Shown: in pieces, positions 45,001 through 58,399 of the stretch
Position numbering within the stretch: the stretch's first letter is position 1
Layout: every line of letters starts with the position of its first letter
Assembly (NCBI GenBank): GCA_973895155.1
Contig: OZ316895.1
Location: forward strand, 2,219,659-2,283,658
From: Marsupella aquatica
Lineage: Eukaryota > Plantae > Marchantiophyta
Direction of reading: 5' to 3'
Length of the DNA stretch: 64,000 bases
Translations under genes and position numbers: made by a program
The notes under the pieces: model-generated
Told to the model about the DNA's origin: nothing
Seen by the model: only the letters and a program-made list of their open reading frames with translations
The model's database searches: none

Positions 45001-48000
45001 AAAACAGCTGAATCTTGTCAACTGTTGATTAGAGTTATCTTGCGAATGAGTTGGGGTTGCCGTGCACTGAACTCTTTTTTCCTTTTGGGTGAGTGCAGCA
45101 CATTGAGGACTTGACTCAAGAGAAATTTTCACTTCAGCGTGGGCTTGACGCAGCCAGGGCATTGGCAGAGAGTTTAGCAAAGGAGAACTCGGCCCTCACA
45201 GAGGACTTTAACAATCAGGTGAATTTCAGTCAGTGTGGAAGTCGTTGTCAATTTATTGCTATGCTAGGTAGGGACGCGATATGGTCCTCTCTAGTGTTGA
45301 GGAGATAGCCAACTTTGTACCCGGGGTACTCGGTGTTCATTCAATGAGGTTTAGGGTACCCTAGTAGCTTGTTTCAGAACCGTGGGTTGGATTCAAAACT
45401 ATTGTGGTTTTAACTAGTAGGTTTGTGCGGGGAAGGGTTGTGCATATATGGCATTTGTCAATAGCAACTGTGACATATAGCAGCGTCGGTAAACTTGAAA
45501 AACAAGGCGGGGGCTAGAGTGAATTTACTTTAAACTAAACGAGCACAAACCGTACTTAAAATGAACCTGGAAATTAGATTTGATCAAAACTGGTTTTTGA
45601 TTGAAGTTCAAAAGAGAAAATCTTGAGAACTTATACCTTCTGATTGGCACTACGATAGTTTTAGCAATTTTACAGTCGTTAAGCTTTATCAAAGGTTCTA
45701 TATTGTCAGTCTGCTGATCATCGGAGCCGCTGTGGCTCAAGTGCGGTGTTTGTTGGAGAAGAACTTGGTGTCATATTGGATGTTTGTTGGCAGGGTGCTG
45801 TGGTTAATGACTTCAAAGCTGAGATTGAACGGCTGCAAGGGGAAATCCGTGCCCAAGCTGTATGTACGCTGATTCCTACCCTTAATACATGGTTTCTTTG
45901 GACAAATTCTGTATCTTTTTTTTGTGGACCTGACATTGGAAATCCGGGTAGACGTGGTTTTACTGGCCACACGAAAGTCGATATTTCTGGTATCAGTGGT
46001 AGCTGCCTGTTGGTGTGTGGTGGGTAGCCGGTCTTAGAGACACAGTGTAGGCATTCCCTCATAAAGGAAGGAGACGACGAAAGCACCTTAGAATTACTTT
46101 GGTTGAAGTTTAACAGTTCAATTTGTTGCCCTCACTACTTTTTAGTGACAATCTGACCTTGGGTTGTAGAGGTGCAGTTTTTCAAGATTTCCTAGGATTG
46201 GTTTACATGCCATCCTGTTGGGTTGTCTCTGCTAGCAAGTGCTATAGAAGCAGGTTAGTTTTCAAAGTGTCATAGGTTCTAAGCATAGCTGCATAGTTTG
46301 ACACGGACTGGTGTTTATATCTGTGGTGTTTCCTGTTCAGGTGGTTGTTAAAAACATGAAGGGGGAAAGGGATAAAGCAGTCCAAGATTGCAAAGCAGCT
46401 GTCGAACGCTCACAAGCTCTGGCAGCCGAAGTTATTGCTCTAGAAGAGAAGGTAGGAATGTTTGAGAAACCTAGTGAAAGCATATTTGTGCTGGAAGTCC
46501 TAACTTTGTTAAGCTGATGACATATTTTCTGTGTGGACATGAAAGAGGCTATTTTTCCTCCAAGATTCTGAAGGCTCAGGGATTGTGCAGAGGCACAACA
46601 GCTTAGGAGATTGTTTTCGGATGCGTCTGTTAGGGGTGTTTCGTCTAGAACTGCTCATACATAGCAATGCCAGCCTCCTTGTAAGAACTTTGGGCACAAC
46701 TTCTAGTTTAGGCTGTGCTACAAATCCTTTGGAATTGTACCTGATGGAGAAATATGTACTGTCTCTGCAAGGAGCTTTCTGTGATAAGAGTTGGTCGTAC
46801 AGTGACCAAAACGTGACCAGAATTGTGTTACAATTTTTTTAGTCTTCCTGATAGAAGGGTTAATATCACACTCTACACTTCAAACTTCTGAGTGTGGTTT
46901 TGGTATGTAGGTCCTACGAGCTCGTTCTCAGGAGCTGAAGTTGCAAAGAGAGATGGAGTCCTTCAGTGCCGAAACGGAGTCACAAAGGTACTTATCTGTA
47001 GTCTCGTTTTTGGATTTGTATCATTGGAAAGCCGTTTGAAATGACAACTTGAGATGTCTGTTTTTTCCTTCAGTTCGGATATTTTACAGTTGCGGAGTTC
47101 TGCTGAAAGTTTGACAGTATTGTATGAATTTATGGTGAATCTATGCTTCCAGATCAAATCTATATGTATTCTTGGGATTTACTGTATTCAGTTGTCTGTA
47201 GCTGATTACCAGTCATGGTAGACTTGTCTTACGTTTGTTCAGTTGTATCAAGTACGCACAGATAACGTCATTATTGTCCAATTCTGTTACAGGCGACAAA
47301 TTTCATCACTTGATAAGGATCGAGCAAATTTGAAGACTTTGATGGAAGCACTTCAAGAAGGTATGCGTTGATTTCAATATATGTACAGATGAGAAGGTGA
47401 ATCAGTTCTTCCAACAGTGACAAATACAGTACTTCACATTGAATGTGTGCAGTGATCTAGTTCCTCTCTAATTTCTTTCAAGTTGGGTTTTCCTCTTTTA
47501 AACCTGGCTTGACCTGTTCCAGATGTATGTCCATGCCACCCCTGGTTCATGCTCCTTAAAAGCCTTCAGCCTCATGTTTACCAAGGTTACCCGTCAATGT
47601 TTGTGTATGGCATGGGGCGTTAACCAGGAGAGGCTAATGCCCTCTTCTTGACGATACCTGGTGAACCCTGATTGCATGTTAGATAATATCAGGTAGGCAG
47701 ACCAGTTACGTAGATGTTAAATTTCATTGCCTTGTTAACAGATGACCATTAAACTGACAGAAACGGACTTGTCCATCTGATTTTCTGCAGAAAAAGGCTT
47801 ATTGCAAACACAGATTAGAAAAGCTATTGGAGGACGAAGTTCGAGGGATTCATTGGATCCTAGGGGTTCTTCAGGGTCAGATGTTCGTGTCACGGCCGAT
47901 GTTAGCACATCTACTGATGACTTTGGTTTGTTTCTATCTCTTGCCATTACACTTTGTCATCATGTGGTGCGAATTACAAGGTCTTCGAGCTAACATTTAG

Positions 48001-49848
48001 GAATTAGAGGAAGTCGGTGAGAAAACTCTCCACAAAGTAAGGGCATCCTACTACTTTGGACCTGACTCTCATACCGTCCGGATTTATTCTTGAACGGCTC
48101 CCTCCATGTCTATTTTATACAAAGAAATGCTGTGACGATTTTTTCTGAATGCCTCAAATATTTTGAATGGCTGTATTTCATTTGAGTCCGATGAAATTGA
48201 CTCTCTGAGCTTTTCAAATTTTGGTGTTACTTAGTGGGAGATGATGTGTTGAAGCGGTGAAATGTCAAATTTGTTTTGCTAATGAATTAATTTGCTTCTA
48301 TCTTTGTAATGTCCAGAGCTGGGAACTTTCTTACGTGGCCCAGGGTCGGCAACCGAGTCATTTTCAGCTCCCAATAATACGTTGCCTCACGCGCAGCTCA
48401 TGGGATTTGAGCCTTTGGAACAGCAGCGGAGGCTACCCTTGATAATACCGTCGCTTCCATCAAGACCACTTTCGTCTCCTAGTGCTGGGCAAGCTTCTGG
48501 ATCGTTCTCACTTGCAAATGAAGTTGGGTCTACAGGCCAATTTATTCCAGCAGCTACTGGCAACCCTAGCGGGCGTGGTTTGAATTTGGGCCCGATGTCT
48601 TCAGTTCTACCCCCAGACCAGGGAGCAACCATTGGGAATATCAACACTCTCATTACAGAGGTGGCTTACTGTCTTTGACTCGGGTTTGTTTTTGTTTATG
48701 AAGAGAGTTTATGCTATTGATTACCCCCAACAACCAAGTAGAATTGTGTATTTTACCTCGCTGAGTAGTGCAGGTAAAATTCTGTGGACTGATGTTATAA
48801 ACTGGGTTGTGCAGCTGGCTGAAGAGAAGGAAGCTCTTGTGAAGGCCTTGAGAGCAGAATCTGTGGGAGCAGCGGACTTACGGGTAAGAACCCTCTGTAG
48901 AAGAGATCTTGCTACTGTTCTATCTTTGCTTTCTGGCCTTGGCAAAATCTCTTGGCATTCTGTTTAATTTGTGTTATTTCCGGTCTGGGATTTGTTTTGT
49001 CCTCATCTAAGCTGCTGTTCCTCGAAGTTGCCGTTAGTTATGTTTAAAGCTACTCAGGAGCTAATTCTGACTTTAAGTTGCAAAAGATAAAATAGCTGTG
49101 GATAGCTGTGCAGATGAGAGATGCTTCATAATGATTTTCAGAGAAGAAATTTACTTCCATGTGGCAATGTTTGTCCATTCTAGACTAGTCAATAACTTGT
49201 CCTTGGTCTGTAATCATGGTCTTAGTCGTATCTACATTCTGGTGTAGTGTTTTGTTCATTGGTTGGGGATCTCTGTTGCAGACCTTAAATGCGGAGTTGT
49301 CTCACAAGCTTGAAGTTCAGACACAGCGTTTAGAGCTTGCTGTTGCGCAAAGCATGGCTCACGATGGTACTCCAAGAGTTGGAAGTACTTACACGGTGTC
49401 TCGTCTGGCACCTGAGTACGTCGATGAAGGGGATGAGGTAACTCCTATCCCTTATTCATCGATGTTGGTTTACAAGTTTGAGTGGAAGTTTGCTCTAGAA
49501 ATGTCTTCCTTTTGAAGAACTCTTTTGTGGATATACCTACTGGGTAAAGCAATACCAAAATCATAATCTCTTTACGTCTGATCTACAATACGAGGGGTTG
49601 TGAAAGGAAATTTCACCTGATGAATGCTTGGATATTTCTTTAGGCAATCCAAAGAAAGATATTCTTTGACAAGTCCATCTGTTTCTTCTTAGACATCATT
49701 AATGGAGTCCTTCCGGATTAGTTCTGAAGAACATTGCTTTGTTTGCTGCTTCTAAATCCCGGGTTTTTGATTTTAGGTGGTGGAACGCGTTTTGGGCTGG
49801 ATAATGCAGCTCTTCCCAAGTGGATCATCAAGGCGAAAGCGCCTCTGA
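42067..49848 (+). CDS. BLI: BLISTER-like coiled-coil protein, multi-exon (alternative ATG at 42157)
   Basis: KKQENLAAGRRR|LEEFKRKKAAEK (intron 42202-43290), DDFSMLEQ|HIEDLTQEKFSLQRGLDAARALAESLAKENS, LAAEVIALEEK, ELSHKLEVQTQRLEL, DEGDE|VVERVLGWIMQLFP. TGA at 49846-49848. Confidence 0.92.
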
Positions 49849-50479
49849 CAAGACTGTAATAGCATTTGTTCAATTAATTTGATAGTGTGGTGCACGACTG
49901 ATGACAAGGTCGAATTATTTGGCGTCTGAGGATATGGGCTTTGAAAAGATGTCCATCCTGAGACCACCTGTGTTAATAATTATGGTAGAGAAAATTTTAG
50001 GTTTAACCTACTGAATTTTTTTAACAAGAGTATACTCGAGGCTTGATCAGAAATCTGGGCGCGTGCACAATAATCATCCAATGTGCAGTTTTCCAACGGG
50101 ACAGGTCTGGTGACAGGTCTGGTGAATAAACTGTTTGGTATTCAGGATATTGAAATTTCATTATCCATTACCTTTCAGGTATGTTATGCAGAACTTGCTC
50201 ATGAATCATTTGGGCCTTCTTCTCTCAAGACTGTGTCCGTGCTATGTGCCCCTCAGAGATGTGCAGATTTTCGCCTTGTATCACCAGTAACGCGAATCTT
50301 TGCGATTTCGCAAGGTTGACAACACATGCTTTCAGCACATCACTTGAGCCAGCTGCTACCACGTGAAATTGACCAATCTACATAAGCGAGCAGGGAGATG
50401 AGAATTCCATTCAACCGATTGCGTGCTTAAACTTTCCTATCCTAGAGCCTAGGATTAAGAGAATTCGAGTAACGATGTA

Positions 50480-52140
50480 TGTTTTCCTCCCTTCCTCCCT
50501 TCGTCCCGTGCGCTAAGGATCCGCCCACAGGAGGGACGTAAGCGCTGAGGATGCATTTTCTTATTCCAACGAGTCCTTTGCATGATTGCGGGGGTCACAC
50601 ATCGCAACCAGGAGGAGTGCTCAAGGTCGTGAGGACATTCTTCATTTCATAATTTCTCATCACTTGATGAACATTCCTTGTTTCCGGTTTTCCGATATTT
50701 CCTCATATTCCGTTTGCCACTATGTTGCTTCACAACTCGCCAAAATTTCAAATTGCCTCCAAATTTGTTTTGTCGCTCCCCAATTTCTGTTCTCCCACCT
50801 CGTACTGCAACTTGGCCGAGAGCACAGAGCCAAGGTGCGGTGGGTTCAGTGGCTTGACGAGCAGGATGGTGGGACAATGCTCAACAATGGGGTGACGTGC
50901 GACGATAGGGTGATAGGCGGCAAGCTGCCAATTAGTGGCTACAGGTTTAGGCAATGGAGCATTCTTGCCTCCACTTCTGGTTAGTCTGCTCTGATCAAGG
51001 TAACGGGCAAAATGCCCATGAGTGGCTGCAGGTTGGCAATGGACCAATTTTTTGCTCCACCTATGGTTAGTCTGCTCTGGTCAAGGTAACCGCCACATCG
51101 GTTTAAGGCCAGGTTAGTAAATAAATATCTTTGTACCCTGATTTAGGAAGTTGCAAAGCCATGCAGGTTTTGTTACACTTTCTCGAGTCGTAAATTTTCT
51201 CAGCATTGCGAATTCTCGAGTTCTTAGCACCAATGCTCATTATTTTACATGGTACTTGTCCTCTTGTCATCCTTTGTGGCTTTGCAGTGGCTGTCACTAT
51301 CACTAATGATGCCCTAGGCAGCCTTATCCAAAAGTGTCAAGCAGAATTCATGAGTAACTTCTAATCAGCGAAATTTGTAGGTCACCGAGTAAATTCACTA
51401 CCCACCCAAGATAGAAAGTTAATTAGAAAGGCCTCCATTTCCTTTTCTTTCCCCCTCTTATCACAATGTTTTGTCTGAGTTGATGAGGTGATATCTTTTA
51501 GTGTGCACAAGTTTAATGTCCGTACTAAATTTTTGTTTCTCACTCATATACTTTTTAAGTTTCCAGTTAAACAAATCGGATTGTAGTTCTCGCTCATATA
51601 CTTTTTGAGTTTCCAGTTAAACAAATCGGATTGTAGTTCTCTTTTCAAATTTAGCATATTTTCGGACTCGGTTTCTTTTGCTTCTAGCTTGCCAACCTTT
51701 CCGGTGCATTTGCGGGATTTGTAGGAAGCGATGTGAGGTCCAGTTCAGCGAATCGGATTGTAGTTCTCTTTTCAAATTTAGCTTACATATTTTCGGACTC
51801 GGTTTCTTTTGCTTCTAGCTTGCCAACCTTTCCGGTGCATTTGCGGGATTTGTAGGAAGCGATGTGAGGTCCTTAACACTAGTATCAGTTGCTTCACCTT
51901 ATTGCCCAAAAGATAACATTGACCAAAAAGCTTTTGTGGAACCTGGTTAACTGCGTACTGTGTTGCATGAGGGCATCGAACGAAACTTTCGAACGGGCAA
52001 GTTCTTGTAGGAGCCAGCAGCTTTTGTTCGACGTTTTTGGGAATTTCATATTTTGTTAATATATGTGCAAATCTCCGTTTGCCCAGTTTTTTCGCGACGG
52101 TTTTATTTGACAGTATTTTATCGTAGTCCCATATCAATGA
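50480..52140 (-). mobile_element. Possible decayed hAT transposase
   Basis: Stop-riddled minus frames give, in order, IWDY...TCP (BED-finger-like), GIISDS, PSCSTRW and LLVAMCDP, resembling hAT motifs. Confidence 0.35.
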
Positions 52141-52365
52141 TCTTTCGCCTTCCTACATTTCTCAGTTATTGGATAGTTCAAATGTCACTATTGTTTGGAA
52201 TGAGTCAATGAGTTTGTGTCGCAGAATATTAAGATGTCAGACATGTCTGTCGAACATATTTTCTGAGTTTATTTCACATTTTGTGAGGCTTTCCCTCAAT
52301 TAATCTTCTTACCAGTCTCGTCGTCTCAAATCTTTTAAGACGAGAACCAGCTTTGTTATATTCGC

Positions 52366-52876
52366 CTGGGTAAGGAGATTATGGTCAAATTTCCCAAAAC
52401 CAAACCCTGACCAGATTCATGTCACGACGTGTTTCGTTACCGACGACTGGGTAAGGAGATTATGGTCAAATTTCCCAAAACCAAACCCTGACCAGATTCA
52501 TGTCACGACGTGTTTCGTTACCGACGACGCAGTGCGTAGGAGAAACCAGACGATGTAATGCTCACGAAAAAGCAGGAGACAGAAGTTTCCTCTCCAACTT
52601 CCATTTCATACTTCTTCCTAAACCTTCCGTCGTCCGAGTCGATACATAAGAAGAGGCGTTTTCCCCGAGGCAGAAGAGGCGTTTTCCCCGAGGCAGTTTC
52701 CGCTCATTCTGATCTAGAAATGATCTCAGCTTGCTCGTCAGAAGTCTTCAACCAGTTGGCTCGTTTGTGTGATCTGAACTCTTCAACGAGTCGGCTCGTT
52801 TGTGTGATTTGAACTCTTCAACGAGTCGGCTCGTTTGTGTGATTTGAACTCTTCAACGAGTCGGCTCGTTTGTGTG
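52366..52876. repeat. Cluster of near-perfect short tandem duplications (~81 bp x2, ~22 bp x2, 35 bp x3.5)
   Basis: CTGGGTAAGGAGATTATGG...ACCGACGAC occurs twice, AGAAGAGGCGTTTTCCCCGAGGC twice, and TCTTCAACGAGTCGGCTCGTTTGTGTGATTTGAAC repeats over 52745-52876. Confidence 0.9.
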
Positions 52877-53626
52877 CTCTGGAAATATTGTCCGACGAGG
52901 CTATACTGATGGTGCTCGGAGGAGAGGGAGCATGTGCGGGAGTATCTGGAAGGACACGGGTGGTAAACTATACATGTCTAAAATCTGAAAGGATGAGACG
53001 CATCGGGGCACGAGCGACTCTCGCATCAAACGGACTCTTAGGACCTTTAAACGAGAGCAAGCTTATATTAGATACCTACCTGGACCTTTTCAACGAATCG
53101 AAAAGTTCAGAACGACGACATACCCCACATGTTCCAGAGGAAGAATGAAATTAAGATCCCGAATCCTCTCCGCTCATCGAGAGCAAAGCAAGCTAAAGCG
53201 CCTCATCCAGAAGCGGCTGAAACAGGAGCACACTCCTGAAGGACTGTAACTTAGCAACGACTTCGTCCACCTAACTGGTACCGAGCTGTAGCTCAGCCCC
53301 ATTTGGTAGGGGTGATTGAAGTCGGGGATAGAAGTCGAGGAGAGGTCTATTATCAACTTCCGATTGCCGGGTAGCGACAACAATACCGCATGATGCAGAT
53401 TGTCGAATTCAACTACGATGATAATAACAACATGTTGCTTGTAGAGCTAGCGATCACGTATTATCTTCAGGAGGACGAAACATTCAAGCATCAGACAAAT
53501 CAGAGGCATAGACAATTTACCGTCTGTTTGCAACGGTATTCACACACGTTCACACCCCGATAGGCCCGGCCACGTATCACAGCGTGACTGTGGATCGTGA
53601 TCATCCTGCACAACAAGAAAGAAACT

Positions 53627-53715
53627 GGCACTCTCCCTTCGCAGGCATTATCCTGATCAGGTTCTGAGGGTGTTTCTCAGGCTGTTCTCTTTCGAGAGCA
53701 ACCACCCCTGGTGCC
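53627..53715 (-). promoter_or_regulatory. TPP riboswitch aptamer in the 3'-UTR intron of THI1
   Basis: The minus strand reads GGCACCAGGGGTGGTTGCTCTCGAAAGAGAACAGCCTGAGAAACACCCTCAGAACCTGATCAGGATAATGCCTGCGAAGGGAGAGTGCC. It has P1 GGCAC/GTGCC, the CTGAGA J3/2 motif, ACCTGA..GGATAATGCC.GCG.AGGGA, and a short P3 hairpin CTCTC-GAAA-GAGA. Confidence 0.96.
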
Positions 53716-53908
53716 GAATACATTAGACACAGGAACACTCTGATAATCATCGGTCGAAAAGTGTTTCAATTTTATATTTGTAATGCACACATGCTTCTTG
53801 CTCAGAAGCTTCATGAAAACATAATCATAACACACCTCACTACACTATGTACCAGCGCCTTTAAGCACATAGATATATCCACAGTACTTACATCTGCATC
53901 TCTACAAC

Positions 53909-55464
<1,556 letters not shown>

Positions 55465-55909
55465 TCAAGAGTGGAGAGTGGATTTAGTACTGGAGTGGGG
55501 GGCACCACTCGTGCTGAGAGGTTCGAACCGTAGGGGGCTTTTGGGAGAGCTACAGGCCTAGTACAGTAGTTTAGAGCAAAACAGTAACTCCCGGGCAGTA
55601 ACTCTAGTTTAGCCTCCGCAGTCAGCACACCAGCCTGTTCTTTATTATTATTCTATCCACCTTTGGTGGCCCGCCACCTCGATGCTCCTGAGCCAGCCTT
55701 GATATTTTCTGGGAGAAATTATTTTTACCAGGCTCCTCAGTTTGCCCACGGGTGGGTTTTAGGTTCCTGGTGTGCTGGGCTTTGGCTCCTCTGGTTATTG
55801 GACTGCTGGGTTGCCCCCTCCCCTTTTCGTCTTTGGGATCTCCTTTGTTTCCGCGGCTCCCCCCCCCCCCCCCTTGTCCACTCTTACTGCATTCTCGCCT
55901 TTATGATCT

Positions 55910-56178
55910 CGTAAATCCTGTCAGGAGAAGAGGTTACCGGTGTGTAACCATTTCTACAGGGGCCTGCTATAGTCATAATCTGGTGTCCTGAAAAGTTGAG
56001 CCGGTAACCTCTTTCCGGGCAGGAGTTACGTACGCTAATGCAGGGCAGGGCTGGGGTTATAGGCTGTAACCTGCTCCCGGAATATTCAAAGAAGCTTCCC
56101 GGCTGCGGCCGGTCAGTTTCTTTTCATATTCCGGACGCAGGGTTACAGCCTAGTAACCCTGCACCCAGACCTGCATTA
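55910..56178. repeat. Two adjacent long imperfect hairpins (55910-56030 and 56036-56178)
   Basis: CGTAAATCCTGTCAGGAGAAGAGGTTACCGG pairs with CCGGTAACCTCTTTCCGGGCAGGAGTTACG. TAATGCAGG..GGTTATAGGCTGTAACCTGC..CCGGAATAT pairs with ATATTCCGG..GCAGGGTTACAGCCTAGTAACC..CCTGCATTA. Confidence 0.85.
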
Positions 56179-56378
56179 CCCTATACGTTCCCCCCCCCTC
56201 TTATTGCCCTTATTATATTCTCGCCTTTGGCATCTCGTCTCCCAAAAGCCGAACAGAGCCTTACCCATTGGGCTGATGAAATGAAATTAAACACATAAGG
56301 TACCCGCTCTGCCAGGTCTAATAATGTGCCTGCAGTAGTTTCCAGACACGAAAAGAAAGTTTGCATGACTCCGTCACT

Positions 56379-57989
56379 TTTTTTTTTCCCTTTCAAAGGG
56401 CCAAAGGCCAAAACTTTATTCCAAAACATGGGGAGCCAACAAAAAGCCTGCCTAGGAGGAGGAGGCAGGGAAGAAAGAGACAATTAAGGGAGGCCAAAAG
56501 AGGGGGCACTCCCAGAGAAATGGAGAATGAGACCCACCACCAAACTGCCACGAGGGAAGGAGGCAGAGCAAGGATGGAAAGGAGGGACCCAGGGGAAATG
56601 AGAGAACAGAGAACCGGACAACCGGCCCCAACCAAAGCCGGAAACTGCCAGGAACCAAACCGAGAAAGTGCCAACTCCGATCAATCGCTGGCTGGCAAAA
56701 ACACACTGAACGCAATCCACCGCCGACCTTCGTCAGCTAGCCCAGAATATATCGCAGTCTTCAGTGGTCCACTCTGCATCAAAAGTGGGACGAGCTAGGG
56801 AAAAGAGCTTTGTCCCAAACTAGTCCAATATGGCCAGATTTACCACCCCAGTTGAGAGCCGCAACCCAACCAAAGATAGATTTTGACCGAGGAGAACTCC
56901 AGAAGCTCGGACTTTTGCGGGAGAGCTACCTAGATAGGAGGCTCCAATACATGAAGAAGCTCGGAGATCCATCTGAATTATCCAGAGTCCATATGAACTC
57001 CAAGGCCCATCCTGCTTGAAGGTAGAAGAATACGTATGCGTGCTTTTTTGCAAGATTGTGGGCGCCCAAAGAGGAGAAAGCTGACCGGGGGAGCAGAATC
57101 CAGAATGGTAGAACAAATGAGCTGAGGACGGAAGGCGGGCGGCTGAGCCTGAAGGGTAGAAATGTACTAGAGATGAGGCGCCTTAGTGATTGAGATAAAA
57201 GCTGTATGTACCCGATTGCTGGCCTGTATCCGTTGAATATGCCAGCCAGGCGAGAGAAAAGAGAGAGCACAAACCCAGCCCGAAGCCAAGGCAAGAGACC
57301 GAGCCAGGAAAAGGTGTGGTGGTCCATCTGAGAAAATGAGAAATAATACTATACTATGATTAGTAGGTGTTCTGGGTAACTTAGGATGATACGTTGTCTA
57401 GATCCAGATAACCAACTCTTGGGAAAATCCTCAAAAGCAGGAAGAGAATGGTGCTATAATACTATCAGCTAATTCTCGGATTGAGAAGAAAAGAGGTCAA
57501 GCTCCCGCATCCAAGAGGCCGCAGAAATCTATATTGGAAACCACATATCCTGAGACTAAAACTATGAATCGTCAATCATTTATCTAGAGAGTAGTCCGAT
57601 GAATATGGAACGACAAAACAGAGAGGGCCGGAGAGAACTGGTGGCCAAAAGAAGATATTTGCCAAAAAGTCGACCCCTCAAAGAGGGTAGATATATCATG
57701 AGTCAAAGATTGGAAAAGAGAAGGAAGAAGAATGGTGATAGCTGAAAGCGGAGAGCCGGTTGCCAGGCCGAAAAGATGTTCAGAGACAAGGTAAAGGGGA
57801 CATAGGAGGAGTCCATTCCCAGGCCGAACCGAAGAAGAAATCACAAATGATCTACGATGTTAGGCAAAACAAAGAAAGACTTCCTGCCTGGGCGACACCG
57901 GGGAGAGGAGAGAGATTAGCTGTCCTGCAAGGGGTGGATAGATGGGATGAAAACATGACGGTGAGAATTGAGAGGAAGATCTAACGAGC
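56379..57989 (-). mobile_element. 5'-truncated LINE-like insertion with poly(A) tail and 12-13-bp target-site duplication
   Basis: The minus strand has AATAAA (56420-56415) and an A-tail (56387-56378). TGACTCCGTCACT occurs at both 56366-56378 and 57990-58002. The interior is decayed ORF2-like sequence. Confidence 0.8.
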
Positions 57990-58399
57990 TGACTCCGTCA
58001 CTCTTGACTTGCAGAACAGGGAAACAAAAGAAAACTCTCATGACATTATGGCTAAAATACTTGAAATACTTTGATCGATTGATAAACAACACAGGAGTAA
58101 AGGATCAATTTACTGAAAAGGCCAAACACACTCCAAGTACACAAACTTTATATTTGCTTTCACTTCCTTATGGCTACGTTTCACCATTGTTAATTCCCTC
58201 TCTGTAATAAAATGGGAAAAATTCTTTGTTATATTATGGCAGGGTTTCCCCTGCCCCAGAAGGCAAGGCAATTGCACATCTTCCCGGTTTTCCTAGCACA
58301 ATTTCGTTTCCCCTTGCCCCTTGGAAAAAATTAAAAAAGAGAGGGGGACTGAAGTTTCATATTTTGGAGAGAGACTTTCAAAAACATACTAGTCCAATG

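Noticed and set aside
52745-52876. 35-bp repeats (also the 53-bp array at 948 and 91-bp array at 7671) as a CRISPR array
   Set aside because: Units are head-to-tail with no unique spacers, there are no cas genes, and the context is eukaryotic.
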